Virus genome (UHGV): UHGV-0076931
Reading direction: 5' to 3' (one strand)
Origin: a virus
DNA: 35,663 nt
Every line of letters starts with the position of its first letter. The first letter of the stretch is position 1. Shown here one piece after another: positions 25,931 through 34,198 of the stretch. A program made the position numbers and the translations under genes. The notes beneath the pieces are model-generated. The model had not been told where the DNA came from. It searched no databases and worked only from the letters and a program-made list of their open reading frames with translations.

Positions 25931-26259
25931 GCGTTTTTTTCCTTTTTGTCTGTCACTTCTTTCCTGATAATTTCATTGCACAAATCCACGCACTCATTGC
26001 AGATGTAAACAGACGGTCCGGCAATCACCTTTGTGACTTCGTACTGGGATTTATTGCAGAAACTGCAATAAACCGTCTTCTCGCCTGAAGTCCATGTTTT
26101 GCTGGTTTCGCCAGACATCAGTTGTTTGAGGTCTTTTTCACGACGAAGAACTATCTGGCCACATTCAGCTATTTTTTGGATGTTGACATTTTCTTCTTTC
26201 GCCAGCGCTTCCATCCGCTCAATCAGTCGCTGCGCTTTTTCTCTGTCAATGTGTTGCAT
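25927..26259 (-). CDS. Small protein with ClpX-type C4 zinc-finger domain (110 aa)
   Basis: C-terminal half [34 protein letters not shown] closely resembles the N-terminal zinc-binding domain of ClpX; no AAA+ domain; AAGGGGGA SD. Confidence 0.7.
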   Translation of the reverse strand: MQHIDREKAQRLIERMEALAKEENVNIQKIAECGQIVLRREKDLKQLMSGETSKTWTSGEKTVYCSFCNKSQYEVTKVIAGPSVYICNECVDLCNEIIRKEVTDKKEKNA

Positions 26260-26322
26260 TGTGTCCCCCTTGTTTATGCTCCCGGGTTAAAGTCATCAGG
26301 GCGGATGCGCCCTGATGTTGTG

Positions 26323-26634
26323 TTATTCGGGAAATAACGCCCGGATATTTCCGGCCATCTGACTGGTTATCTGTGCGGTTGATACTGGCTGTGACGCGGG
26401 GCGTTCTGTCCTGGTTTGTGGCACTGATAACGCCTCATCATCAGCCCATGCAGCCAGTCGGTAAGCCTCTGCCGGATTCATTTTCAGTAGTGCCAGCCCG
26501 GCCAGAAAAGCCACGCGTTGGCCGCTTTTGCGGGCTTCTGGTGTAAGGCTGTCCAGCCAGGCGCATGCTTCGCCTTCGTTCTTGACGGCGGCGGGCTTCA
26601 GATAGAAACTTATCCGTCTGGTTGGTGTTGTCAT
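26323..26634 (-). CDS. parR: ParR-like partition adaptor / repressor
   Basis: Start at ATG 26634 with AAGGAG SD, 4 nt after the parM stop; RISFYLKP...LAGLALL...NIRALFPE pattern as I recall it from R1 ParR. Confidence 0.65.
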   Translation of the reverse strand: MTTPTRRISFYLKPAAVKNEGEACAWLDSLTPEARKSGQRVAFLAGLALLKMNPAEAYRLAAWADDEALSVPQTRTERPASQPVSTAQITSQMAGNIRALFPE

Positions 26635-26638
26635 TGGT

Positions 26639-27598
26639 TTACTCCTTGTCCATTGCGTACAGCCCATTAACCAGAGCAAACTGTGGCACCCCGTCCGCGA
26701 TGAAAGTCGCATTAACTCCGCAGGCTTCGCGGATAGCGGGTGCCACAATCTCCGCCCCTCCACCGACAACCATCGCCCGCCCGTAACCCGAAAAACCCGC
26801 CAGCGCGCGGATCACGCGTTGTTTCAGTGTTTCTTCCTTTTCACGAATAACAGCCATCAGGCTGTCGTAATGCGCGTCATTGTGGATGTGCTGGCGCAGC
26901 CAGGCTTCATCATGGCGATGTTCGATAATGGTATTGGCGATATGGTGACTGGTGCGCATACCGTTAGTGGCCATCACCGACAGTACGGCATCGGCCATCA
27001 GGGAAACGCCTACGTGTGGATCGCAAAACACCTGGCTGATACCTGCCAGTTGCCCCTGAACCTTTGCCACATCCAGCGTGGTTCCGCCCAAATCCACAAT
27101 CAGCAGGGATTCAAACGGACTCATGTCAGCCAGTGCTTTAAAGCCAGCCGGAATGGATTCAGGCATAACCCGCACGTTACGGATAGTGAATGCTTCGCCG
27201 TTCTGGTACTCCACCGGGCGCATAACGTTCGCTTTTTTGCGGTTGATGTTGGCCATGTCCGGCTGTGCGTTTGTGTCGAAATACTCGCTCAGTGGCAGGG
27301 TGACAACCACATCCACCTCCTGTGGCGTGATGCCTGATTTGACCAGCGCGTGATGAATGGCAATTACATTCACATCGCTGTACTGGTATTGCGTGTCGGT
27401 CGTCTGGACAAAGCGATCGCTGACCGGATCAAAACCATAGCGCACGCCATCAAGCATGTAGTTTGCGGGCTGCGTGCCACCGAACGGCGCAGACCATTCC
27501 GACTTGAAGCTGTTCGGGCTGATGGCGTTGCGGCGTTCTCCGTTCTCAGTCCATGCCAGCTTGATGTTGGTGGAGCCGTCATCGATACAAATTTTCAT
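26639..27598 (-). CDS. parM: ParM (StbA) actin-like plasmid segregation ATPase
   Basis: Collinear match to R1 ParM blocks: IDDGSTNIKL, ISPNSFK, YSDVNVIAIHHAL, VMPESIPAGF, DLGGTTLD, GGGAE, LVNGLY. Confidence 0.88.
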   Translation of the reverse strand: MKICIDDGSTNIKLAWTENGERRNAISPNSFKSEWSAPFGGTQPANYMLDGVRYGFDPVSDRFVQTTDTQYQYSDVNVIAIHHALVKSGITPQEVDVVVTLPLSEYFDTNAQPDMANINRKKANVMRPVEYQNGEAFTIRNVRVMPESIPAGFKALADMSPFESLLIVDLGGTTLDVAKVQGQLAGISQVFCDPHVGVSLMADAVLSVMATNGMRTSHHIANTIIEHRHDEAWLRQHIHNDAHYDSLMAVIREKEETLKQRVIRALAGFSGYGRAMVVGGGAEIVAPAIREACGVNATFIADGVPQFALVNGLYAMDKE

Positions 27599-27628
27599 GT
27601 CGCTTTTCCTTATGTTGATTAATTAATC

Positions 27629-27738
27629 GTTTACGGGATTCTGAAATCCCGTTTTTGCCTGTTTTATGCGCGCTTCATATATCGCGGCGCGTTTTTTGCT
27701 CATTTACGGGATTTGTGAATCCCGTTTCTGTCTGTTTT
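27629..27738. repeat. parC-like site: two copies of a ~36-bp element each containing palindrome ACGGGATT-N4-AATCCCGT
   Basis: Copies at 27629-27665 and 27701-27738, directly upstream of parM; the second lies in the 3' end of the A reading frame. Confidence 0.5.
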
Positions 27739-30497
27739 TTGTTTCCACTGGTCAGGCCACCCCGCAGCAGGTCTGCTTTGCGGCGGGCGCGTTCAGTGGT
27801 TTCACTGATTCTCTGTGCGTGCTCTGCGTCGCGGATGGCGCGCAGCATGTCAGAAAGCACGGTAACGGGTGTTTTCATGGTGTTCTGGTCTTGCTGAAGT
27901 GTGGATGCCAGGCGTGCGGCGGCTTCGGGGTCTGATGCCCCCAGCTGTTCCAGATAGCTGGCGACCGGGTTATGGCGGATCTCCGTGCTGCTTACGCCGT
28001 GGTTACGGCTCAGGCGCTGCCAGAGCTGCGTGATCCGGCTGTCCGGGCGGGTATCCGGTTTGCGTACAATTTCAAATCCCTGCGGTGCAATGATGCTGCC
28101 GTCAACGTACAGACTGCCGCCCCGTAACAGGTGCTGCATCTGCTGTTCACCAATATGCAGGCCGAGAGATTCAGCAGACTCCCGCCATTCTTTAGCGAGT
28201 AATTCGTGGTTATCAGGCAAAGGCCGCAGCTGTTTGCGGCTCTGTGTCCAGCTCTGCATTTCATCACTGCTGTTTTTTGCCTGTTTGTCACGAAGCGAAC
28301 GCATCAGCGCCCGGCGTTCGTGCCGTTTCAGTGAGCGCATCCATTCGTTCACTTCAACGCCGTCAGGGAGCTGCGGCCACGGTGCTGGCCGTTCTTCCGG
28401 CTGTTCTGTCCCGTTGTTGTCCGTTTCCTGTACACGGGGACAGTTATTGCCACGAGTCCAAGGGGCGGCAGGGCCGCCCTGAAGGTCAAAACCATTTTCG
28501 TGGGCGTTGTCTTCTGGTTCTGGTTTACGTCTTACCAATTTCCAGTTATCCGGATGCGTGCACACACGGGAGGATTCCCCGATGAGTGGTGACCAGATCC
28601 CGTAAATCTGTACGCTCTGTTCGCCGTAATCGTTCAGCTCATCTGCGAGGTCGTAGGCGGTGCGAATCAGGTAGTCCTTGCGTGGAACAAGCACGCCACC
28701 CTGTTTTTCAATGTAGGTGGCAAAACACCCGGCATCGGCGGCAGCGAGTACCGCATCCATTGCATCATCTTTCAGCCGTTGCGGGCCTTCCGGATTGCGT
28801 GCCATCTGGCTGGCAAGGCGGCGCAGTTCACGCCACACCTGACGGGAGGGGATGCCAAAGAACTGGAACTGACGGACCCGGTGAAGGCGCGCCCAGCCGA
28901 TGGCGCGCTCCACGCTCTCGGCCATTGATTTTCCGGTTTCGTGGTCAACGCGTGGCTTGCCCGTTTTCGGGTCGATGCCATCCACGGCGCGGCTGTCCAG
29001 GTTCTTTCCGATGTAGGTGGCGATGTAGCTGGTTGGTGTGCCTTTTGAGCCGTCGACATACTCCGCCTTAAAACGCGGAGTTATGTCATCGCCCAGCTCG
29101 TGGCGGTCCTCCTGAATGGCAATATCGCAGACGTGGGACACGATGGTTTCAATCTCGTCCGGATGTGCAAAGACCATCATATGCCAGTGCACAGTGCCGT
29201 CATGGTGAGGCTCCACCGTGCGGATGCCATACCAGCGCAGGCCGTCGCGGTTCAGTTTTTTGCGGACCGCCGCAAAAAACGTGTTAACCAGGTAATCGCT
29301 GGAGTCGCGCATGGTGGCCCCGTTCCATTTGGGGTTCGGATGACCGTTCTCCGTTGTTGCGTGGTATTTTGACGGGCAGGTGACGGTCAGAAACACCGCT
29401 CTGTCGCCACGGGCTTCGGCCAGAAGTTCCAGTCCCTTCATGGTGGCCATCATTTCTGCCTTACGGTGAACCGGGTTACTTACTCCCGCGTAATACACCG
29501 TCTCGAGATCAATCGTGAACCCGTCTTCATTTTCCAGCATGAAACTTTTCAGGAAATCGCGTGTTTTCTCGCGCTGTGCGCGAAACTCGCTTAACGCGTC
29601 CTGGCTCAGATAGGGCGATGTTTTTCTGGAAACCAGACAGGCGGCGCGGAGTTGTTCTTCTCTCCACTCGCAACGTAACAGCCACAGTTTGCGTTTCCAC
29701 CATTCCGCACAGGTCAGGCGAAGGATTGCGCCCGGCAGCAGCTCCGTGTCCGGTTCGTTCCTCCGGTCTTTATCTGTTGTCAGTGCGTCATAATGTGGAG
29801 GCATGATGTGCAGGTGTAACGCCATGCGGGCCAGCATCTGATACGCCTTCAGCGTTACATCCATGGTCAGTTCGCCATCGGTCGCGCCAAAGCCATCGCA
29901 GAGTTTTTCGAAGGTGCTGCTGAACATCGCCGCCGTCATGGTGGCCAGCGTCTGTATCTGGTGTTTGTTGAGCTGCGGCAGGTAAAGCAAATCGTCCAGG
30001 CGTTCGCGTCCGGCAAGGGAGCGATAACCCGGTGTCAGCCAGCGTCCGTCAGTGCGATCCAGACGTTCGAATATTTTGCGTAGGGTTCCGCGTGCATAGC
30101 GTTCCGCCTGCCAGCTCTTTTTGCCTTTCCGGCGATCGGCTTCCTGTTTTTTGCGCAGGAAGGAGAGGTGGCGAATAAGCGGATCGCGCAGATAGGACGG
30201 CAGCAGGCGCAGCGAGGCCATGGCTTCATCCACCGCGTCGCGTGCCTGTTTTCTGGCGTCTCCTGCCAGTGTGATGGTTTTGTCCTGTTTTTCCTGTGCG
30301 TCCAGGCTTTTATTAATCAGGTTGCCCAGCGGCGTGGCGGAGAACGCCGCATCAGCCATTTCCTGGCGGCGCTCGTTCTCTACCCGGTAGGCATCCAGCC
30401 AGGAGGAAAGCGCGGATCCAGGAGCGGGGATCCCCGTTCCTTCACGCCCCACTGCGTGGCGCGGTTGTTGCCAGTCCCTGATGTACTCTGCCGTCAT
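27675..30497 (-). CDS. A: Replication initiation endonuclease A (rolling-circle, HUH type)
   Basis: 940 aa; HUH motif in HWHMMVF and paired tyrosines in YIATYIGK as in P2 gpA; longer than P2 A at the C-terminus. Confidence 0.9.
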   Translation of the reverse strand: MTAEYIRDWQQPRHAVGREGTGIPAPGSALSSWLDAYRVENERRQEMADAAFSATPLGNLINKSLDAQEKQDKTITLAGDARKQARDAVDEAMASLRLLPSYLRDPLIRHLSFLRKKQEADRRKGKKSWQAERYARGTLRKIFERLDRTDGRWLTPGYRSLAGRERLDDLLYLPQLNKHQIQTLATMTAAMFSSTFEKLCDGFGATDGELTMDVTLKAYQMLARMALHLHIMPPHYDALTTDKDRRNEPDTELLPGAILRLTCAEWWKRKLWLLRCEWREEQLRAACLVSRKTSPYLSQDALSEFRAQREKTRDFLKSFMLENEDGFTIDLETVYYAGVSNPVHRKAEMMATMKGLELLAEARGDRAVFLTVTCPSKYHATTENGHPNPKWNGATMRDSSDYLVNTFFAAVRKKLNRDGLRWYGIRTVEPHHDGTVHWHMMVFAHPDEIETIVSHVCDIAIQEDRHELGDDITPRFKAEYVDGSKGTPTSYIATYIGKNLDSRAVDGIDPKTGKPRVDHETGKSMAESVERAIGWARLHRVRQFQFFGIPSRQVWRELRRLASQMARNPEGPQRLKDDAMDAVLAAADAGCFATYIEKQGGVLVPRKDYLIRTAYDLADELNDYGEQSVQIYGIWSPLIGESSRVCTHPDNWKLVRRKPEPEDNAHENGFDLQGGPAAPWTRGNNCPRVQETDNNGTEQPEERPAPWPQLPDGVEVNEWMRSLKRHERRALMRSLRDKQAKNSSDEMQSWTQSRKQLRPLPDNHELLAKEWRESAESLGLHIGEQQMQHLLRGGSLYVDGSIIAPQGFEIVRKPDTRPDSRITQLWQRLSRNHGVSSTEIRHNPVASYLEQLGASDPEAAARLASTLQQDQNTMKTPVTVLSDMLRAIRDAEHAQRISETTERARRKADLLRGGLTSGNKKQTETGFTNPVNEQKTRRDI

Positions 30498-30503
30498 AGT
30501 GAT

Positions 30504-30869
30504 TTACTTCGTCATGCCATTCAGGGTGTCACGGCAGACTGTAGCCAGCCGCTGAATTTCCAGCACGGTGTCTTCTGTGTCGGCATGGCGATGTGTGATG
30601 CGGATGCTGTCGGCAATCACATCGACGATTGCAGAGGATGGGCGCTGGTAAATGCCAATAACGGACGGGGTGCCACCTTCAATGCGGTAAAGCCTGTAAT
30701 TTCCCTCGTGGCTGTCAAGCATGTAGCGACCATCAATAACAATCTTTCCGTCAGCGAGCTGCGGTACAGGCAGGGATTTCAAGTACATGTCATAACGATC
30801 ACGCACGCGAGCGGCAAGATCACGTTCTGTGTTGAGCAGGTATTCAAGAAAGTCGTTGGCGAGAATCAT
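30504..30869 (-). CDS. Hypothetical early protein (121 aa) immediately upstream of A
   Basis: ORF in operon position; no recognisable motifs. Confidence 0.55.
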   Translation of the reverse strand: MILANDFLEYLLNTERDLAARVRDRYDMYLKSLPVPQLADGKIVIDGRYMLDSHEGNYRLYRIEGGTPSVIGIYQRPSSAIVDVIADSIRITHRHADTEDTVLEIQRLATVCRDTLNGMTK

Positions 30870-30941
30870 TGCGGCAATCCTCTTGTTACAGATGTGCGAA
30901 GGCCTCCCGCCGCAAGGTGCAGGAAAGGCCCGGAACAGGAG

Positions 30942-31172
30942 TTAATGGAGTTTGTTTTGCTGCTGGATGAGCTGTTGAAGCTCGTGCAGATCATCCGCCA
31001 GATAGCTGAAAACAGAGGCGGAATAAATGTTTGATAGTGCGTGGCTGCGCTCATGCAGCATATTGATGTGCATGATTTGCGCGACGCGTGATGCGCGGGA
31101 AAGTCTGCGGTTGATTTCAGTCTGGATGTGACGACGCTCCGCGATAGCGCGGTGTGGTTTGCGGTTTGCCAT
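30942..31172 (-). CDS. Hypothetical early protein (76 aa)
   Basis: ORF; basic N-terminus; the 205-aa ORF in another frame over the same region is rejected. Confidence 0.45.
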   Translation of the reverse strand: MANRKPHRAIAERRHIQTEINRRLSRASRVAQIMHINMLHERSHALSNIYSASVFSYLADDLHELQQLIQQQNKLH

Positions 31173-31350
31173 GGTGTGGCCCCTTGTGTAGTAAGTTGTG
31201 AAAACTCACCATCCAGAGCTGCGAAACTGTGGGTGGCGAGACGTACGAGGTTCGCAGTACCGGCTACACAAGAACCCGGCCCGACCGAAGTCGGCCCCGT
31301 ACGCCCCGCCATAATTCTGACGCGAAAAAAACGTGGCAATACAGTACGCA

Positions 31351-31372
31351 CAAAAAAACCGCTGGCGCGGTT
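31351..31372 (-). terminator. Intrinsic terminator inside the early operon
   Basis: Stem aaccgc / gcggtt with loop tggc; run of seven T on the minus strand (caaaaaaa on +). Confidence 0.55.
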
Positions 31373-31494
31373 GTGCGCTTGTGTAGTCAGCAGGCTGCGA
31401 AACCCGGCACCCGTTTTGTGAGGTGCAGCGGAAATGTAACCTGACTGATTGCGGCATGGCAAGCGGTTTTTTTGTGTGTGCATGTTCTGGTTTC

Positions 31495-31794
31495 TTAGTG
31501 GTTCAGAAAAAAATCAAAAACCTTGTCAATGCGTTGCAGCAGCTCTTGCTGTATTGCTTCCGGCGTTTCCGGTTCGCCTGGCGCCTCCAACGTCGCGCAG
31601 AAATCCTCGATTTCATGACGGAGCGTCAGGCGAATGGCGAGAGGTGTGGTTCTGGCGTGCTCCAGCTCATCCAGCAGCGCCAGCACAGCAGACGGCGAGA
31701 GCATTGCGCGAAACGCCAGTAATTTTTGAGGCGTTGCCATTCGTTGCAGGTCAGTCGCCAGTTCGCGTAATTCCTGGTGGTTGATGGCGCTCAT
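31495..31794 (-). CDS. Hypothetical early protein (99 aa)
   Basis: ORF with 4-nt overlap to the upstream gene; no recognisable motifs. Confidence 0.55.
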   Translation of the reverse strand: MSAINHQELRELATDLQRMATPQKLLAFRAMLSPSAVLALLDELEHARTTPLAIRLTLRHEIEDFCATLEAPGEPETPEAIQQELLQRIDKVFDFFLNH

Positions 31795-32036
31795 GCTCTG
31801 GCTTCCTTTAGTAGCTGGTTAAACATGTTGGTAAGTGGATTGCCGCACCCGAACGGCATCGGGTTTATCTGGTAAGAAAAGCGACCGCCTGTTTTGCGCT
31901 CTTTTCTTATGACTGAACCGCTGCGCCAGAGTCGGCGTAACTCCGCATTAATGGCTGTGGTTGGGGTATTCAGTGCTGCGGCGATTTCTCCACCGCTACA
32001 CCCCGGATTGGCGGCGATATAGTCCAGAATGGTCAT
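31791..32036 (-). CDS. Hypothetical early protein (81 aa), possible winged-helix DNA binding
   Basis: ORF; the GGEIAAALNTPTTAINAELRRL stretch resembles an HTH recognition helix. Confidence 0.5.
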   Translation of the reverse strand: MTILDYIAANPGCSGGEIAAALNTPTTAINAELRRLWRSGSVIRKERKTGGRFSYQINPMPFGCGNPLTNMFNQLLKEARA

Positions 32037-32236
32037 CTGCGTGACTCCTGTACCTGTCGGATAAGGTTCACCCGCACCACATTCGTGGCGCAGAAGTAAG
32101 TGCCGTCAGTGAGATAGATGTGATGTGCATCCTTTTCTGAACGGTGTTTGTCGATTGTGGTAATCAGGCGTTCGTCGACTTCGTATTCACGCCCTCTGGA
32201 GGTAAAACGAACGACAGGAAAATGCTTAATTGCCAT
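32033..32236 (-). CDS. Hypothetical early protein (67 aa)
   Basis: ORF with 4-nt overlap to the downstream gene. Confidence 0.5.
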   Translation of the reverse strand: MAIKHFPVVRFTSRGREYEVDERLITTIDKHRSEKDAHHIYLTDGTYFCATNVVRVNLIRQVQESRR

Positions 32237-32321
32237 TACGCCTCCTTGGCGTGTGCGAATACCTCCGCGAATGCGGATTGTTTTACATTTTCTTATTTAA
32301 TCTGTGGTTTTATTTGCTCTG

Positions 32322-32435
32322 TTATTCGCCAGTGAAAAAGCGTTCAATCTTTTTTATTGAATGAATAATTCGCATAATCCCAATAGCGCAGGCCACCGAA
32401 ATAATCAGAACAAGCCATGAGATAAATATACTCAT
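32322..32435 (-). CDS. Small hydrophobic membrane peptide (37 aa)
   Basis: Hand translation MSIFISWLVLIISVACAIGIMRIIHSIKKIERFFTGE; start overlaps the upstream stop (ATGA); GGGGAA SD; not in the ORF track. Confidence 0.35.
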   Translation of the reverse strand: MSIFISWLVLIISVACAIGIMRIIHSIKKIERFFTGE

Positions 32436-32677
32436 GCGATATTCCCCAGCTTATACGGTTCAATATGTTCCCCGCACTCTGCGGCACAGATCAGCTCGGA
32501 AAGTTCGTTAAGTGCATCCAGATCATCAGCGTAAAAAGCCACGTCATACAGACTTCGGATTGCTCTGGTCAATGAGTCACGGGCCGCACGTTCAGCATGA
32601 GCGCCTGATGCACTTAAGCGAAAATAAAAACGCTCAAGTGCTTTGTTAATGAGAGTTTTATATTCTTTGCCCATCAC
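32432..32677 (-). CDS. Hypothetical early protein (81 aa)
   Basis: ORF; no recognisable motifs. Confidence 0.5.
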   Translation of the reverse strand: MMGKEYKTLINKALERFYFRLSASGAHAERAARDSLTRAIRSLYDVAFYADDLDALNELSELICAAECGEHIEPYKLGNIA

Positions 32678-32685
32678 AACGCCCT

Positions 32686-32973
32686 TTAATCTGCTTTCTG
32701 TATTTCAGCTTCTGAATCCATACAAATAATTTCGATATAGGGTTCATCGCCATTAACCTGGCGTGCCTTTTCAGCTTCGCTAATGATTTCTCGTACGGTC
32801 TGGTACGGAAGTTCCACAAGCAGTCGCGTGCCGTTCAGATAAACGTAAGTGGCTTCGTCGGCTCCGTTTTTACCCGCCGGAGTTACTCCGTCAATAGCGG
32901 ATGCACGTAATAACAGTTCACCGCGAAAATCAATAAAACGGATAAATACACCTTGTGCATGGTCTTTGGTCAT
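32686..32973 (-). CDS. Hypothetical early protein (96 aa)
   Basis: Start set at ATG 32973 (MTKDHAQ...) with AGGTG SD to avoid overlap with the upstream gene. Confidence 0.5.
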   Translation of the reverse strand: MTKDHAQGVFIRFIDFRGELLLRASAIDGVTPAGKNGADEATYVYLNGTRLLVELPYQTVREIISEAEKARQVNGDEPYIEIICMDSEAEIQKAD

Positions 32974-32983
32974 AAAGCACCTG

Positions 32984-33325
32984 TTATAAATCAGCCTGTT
33001 TAATAAAACTTTGCCCGCGAAGCAGACGATCAACCGTGCGAAGTGCTTCGTATAATGTGAAATCCTGCCCGAACTGATTGTCGCCACTGCTTAGAGCAAA
33101 AATGCGGTTTCCGGTAAACGGATTGCGTGGGCATTTGTGGATCACGATTCCAGCTTTCTCAATCAGCCAGGCATGCTCGCCGATTTGTTTTACTGGGTAG
33201 CCATCCGGCGTTGCGTGTGTATCACTCAGGCTGTAGCGGATGTTGCTGCGTGATGCACTGGTAGCAAAACGGTTAGCGTGGCGTTCTGCACCATTGCGAA
33301 AGCGTGAATTACGTTGCTGTTTCAT
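32984..33325 (-). CDS. Hypothetical early protein (113 aa)
   Basis: ORF preceded by a 250-bp AT-rich region carrying two palindromes. Confidence 0.5.
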   Translation of the reverse strand: MKQQRNSRFRNGAERHANRFATSASRSNIRYSLSDTHATPDGYPVKQIGEHAWLIEKAGIVIHKCPRNPFTGNRIFALSSGDNQFGQDFTLYEALRTVDRLLRGQSFIKQADL

Positions 33326-33577
33326 GTTAAAGACTCTGTACAGATTTAATTATTCCGGCATAGAGGCCGAACTCAAAATATTTGCGATTAAATCGCATCG
33401 CATTGTTTTCACGTTTTGCGGACTGCTGGTTCATTTTCGTTTGCCTCCGCACATGAGAATTGCGCCGCTTAAGAGGTAACCGAAGTTAATTGATAGTATT
33501 ACAATTAACATAAGGTCCAATTTGTCCATGCCACACATAATTACCCTCATTGCAGTAGTTGTGGGTTGTCAGGTTTC

Positions 33578-33784
33578 TCACCCGATAAACCAGATAACAA
33601 ACGCTATAAACATCGCCCCAATAGCTGCCGGGAAAAGTCCTTTGGTATAAGCGGCGATATATTCAATGCTGAGTTCAATAAAGCGTTCTTCATGTCCCGT
33701 TAACTTGCGAAACAAATAGATCTCTATTACGCCTATCTCAATAAAAACAAGGGTCAGAATGGCGCTGATGATATGGCTGGTCAT
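33578..33784 (-). CDS. Small membrane protein (68 aa)
   Basis: Two hydrophobic segments; directly downstream of cox. Confidence 0.5.
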   Translation of the reverse strand: MTSHIISAILTLVFIEIGVIEIYLFRKLTGHEERFIELSIEYIAAYTKGLFPAAIGAMFIAFVIWFIG

Positions 33785-33790
33785 TTATGA

Positions 33791-34078
33791 CTAAAGTCCC
33801 AGCCACAACAACCATGCGTCGCGGCGTTCTTTCGGTTGCTCAAAAAACGCTTTGCGCATGCCTTCGTTAAATGCTGGCAGATATACCCAGTTTTCTGATG
33901 CACGCGTCTTTACTGAACCTGGTTTCACAAAGTCAATTGTCGGTAGCTTTGCTGCGTCAATCATGGTTCTGACTGTGGATTCCTTGCGGCCGATCATCTT
34001 GGCGAATAGTTGATATGGCACCGCTTCAAGTGGATATGGTGCTACCTGAATGAACCCCCCAAGCTCTGATTCGCTCAT
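33791..34078 (-). CDS. cox: Cox-like excisionase / lysogeny repressor
   Basis: 95 aa; PYQLFAKMIG...MIDAAKLPTIDF...WVYLPAFNEG...WLLWLGL matches P2 Cox as recalled; AGGGAG SD; divergent from C. Confidence 0.8.
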   Translation of the reverse strand: MSESELGGFIQVAPYPLEAVPYQLFAKMIGRKESTVRTMIDAAKLPTIDFVKPGSVKTRASENWVYLPAFNEGMRKAFFEQPKERRDAWLLWLGL

Positions 34079-34103
34079 TGTGGTAATCTCCCTAATTCGT
34101 TCG

Positions 34104-34130
34104 AATGGCTCAAAATGGCTTATATCGGCT
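34104..34130. promoter_or_regulatory. Candidate operator: three (T)GGCT repeats at 10-bp phasing between cox and C
   Basis: aatGGCTcaaaatGGCTtatatcGGCTtat, 25-55 bp upstream of the cox ATG. Confidence 0.4.
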
Positions 34131-34152
34131 TATTTGAGTGTTTTTATGTTTG

Positions 34153-34198
34153 TGCCCGATGTGGCATGTTGCGATGGAGGATATGCCCGATATGGCAT
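34153..34198. promoter_or_regulatory. Candidate operator: 15-bp direct repeat TGCCCGAT(G/A)TGGCAT, two copies
   Basis: Copies at 34153-34167 and 34184-34198 (14/15 identical); the second overlaps the C start codon. Confidence 0.4.

Noticed and set aside
30168-31034. 288-aa plus-strand ORF
   Set aside because: Antisense to the 5' end of gene A and the 121-aa early gene; no SD; opposite to the operon direction
30866-31483. 205-aa minus-strand ORF spanning the structured intergenic region
   Set aside because: Overlaps the 76-aa ORF in another frame and runs through the terminator and repeats; Arg/Ser/Thr-rich, low-complexity translation
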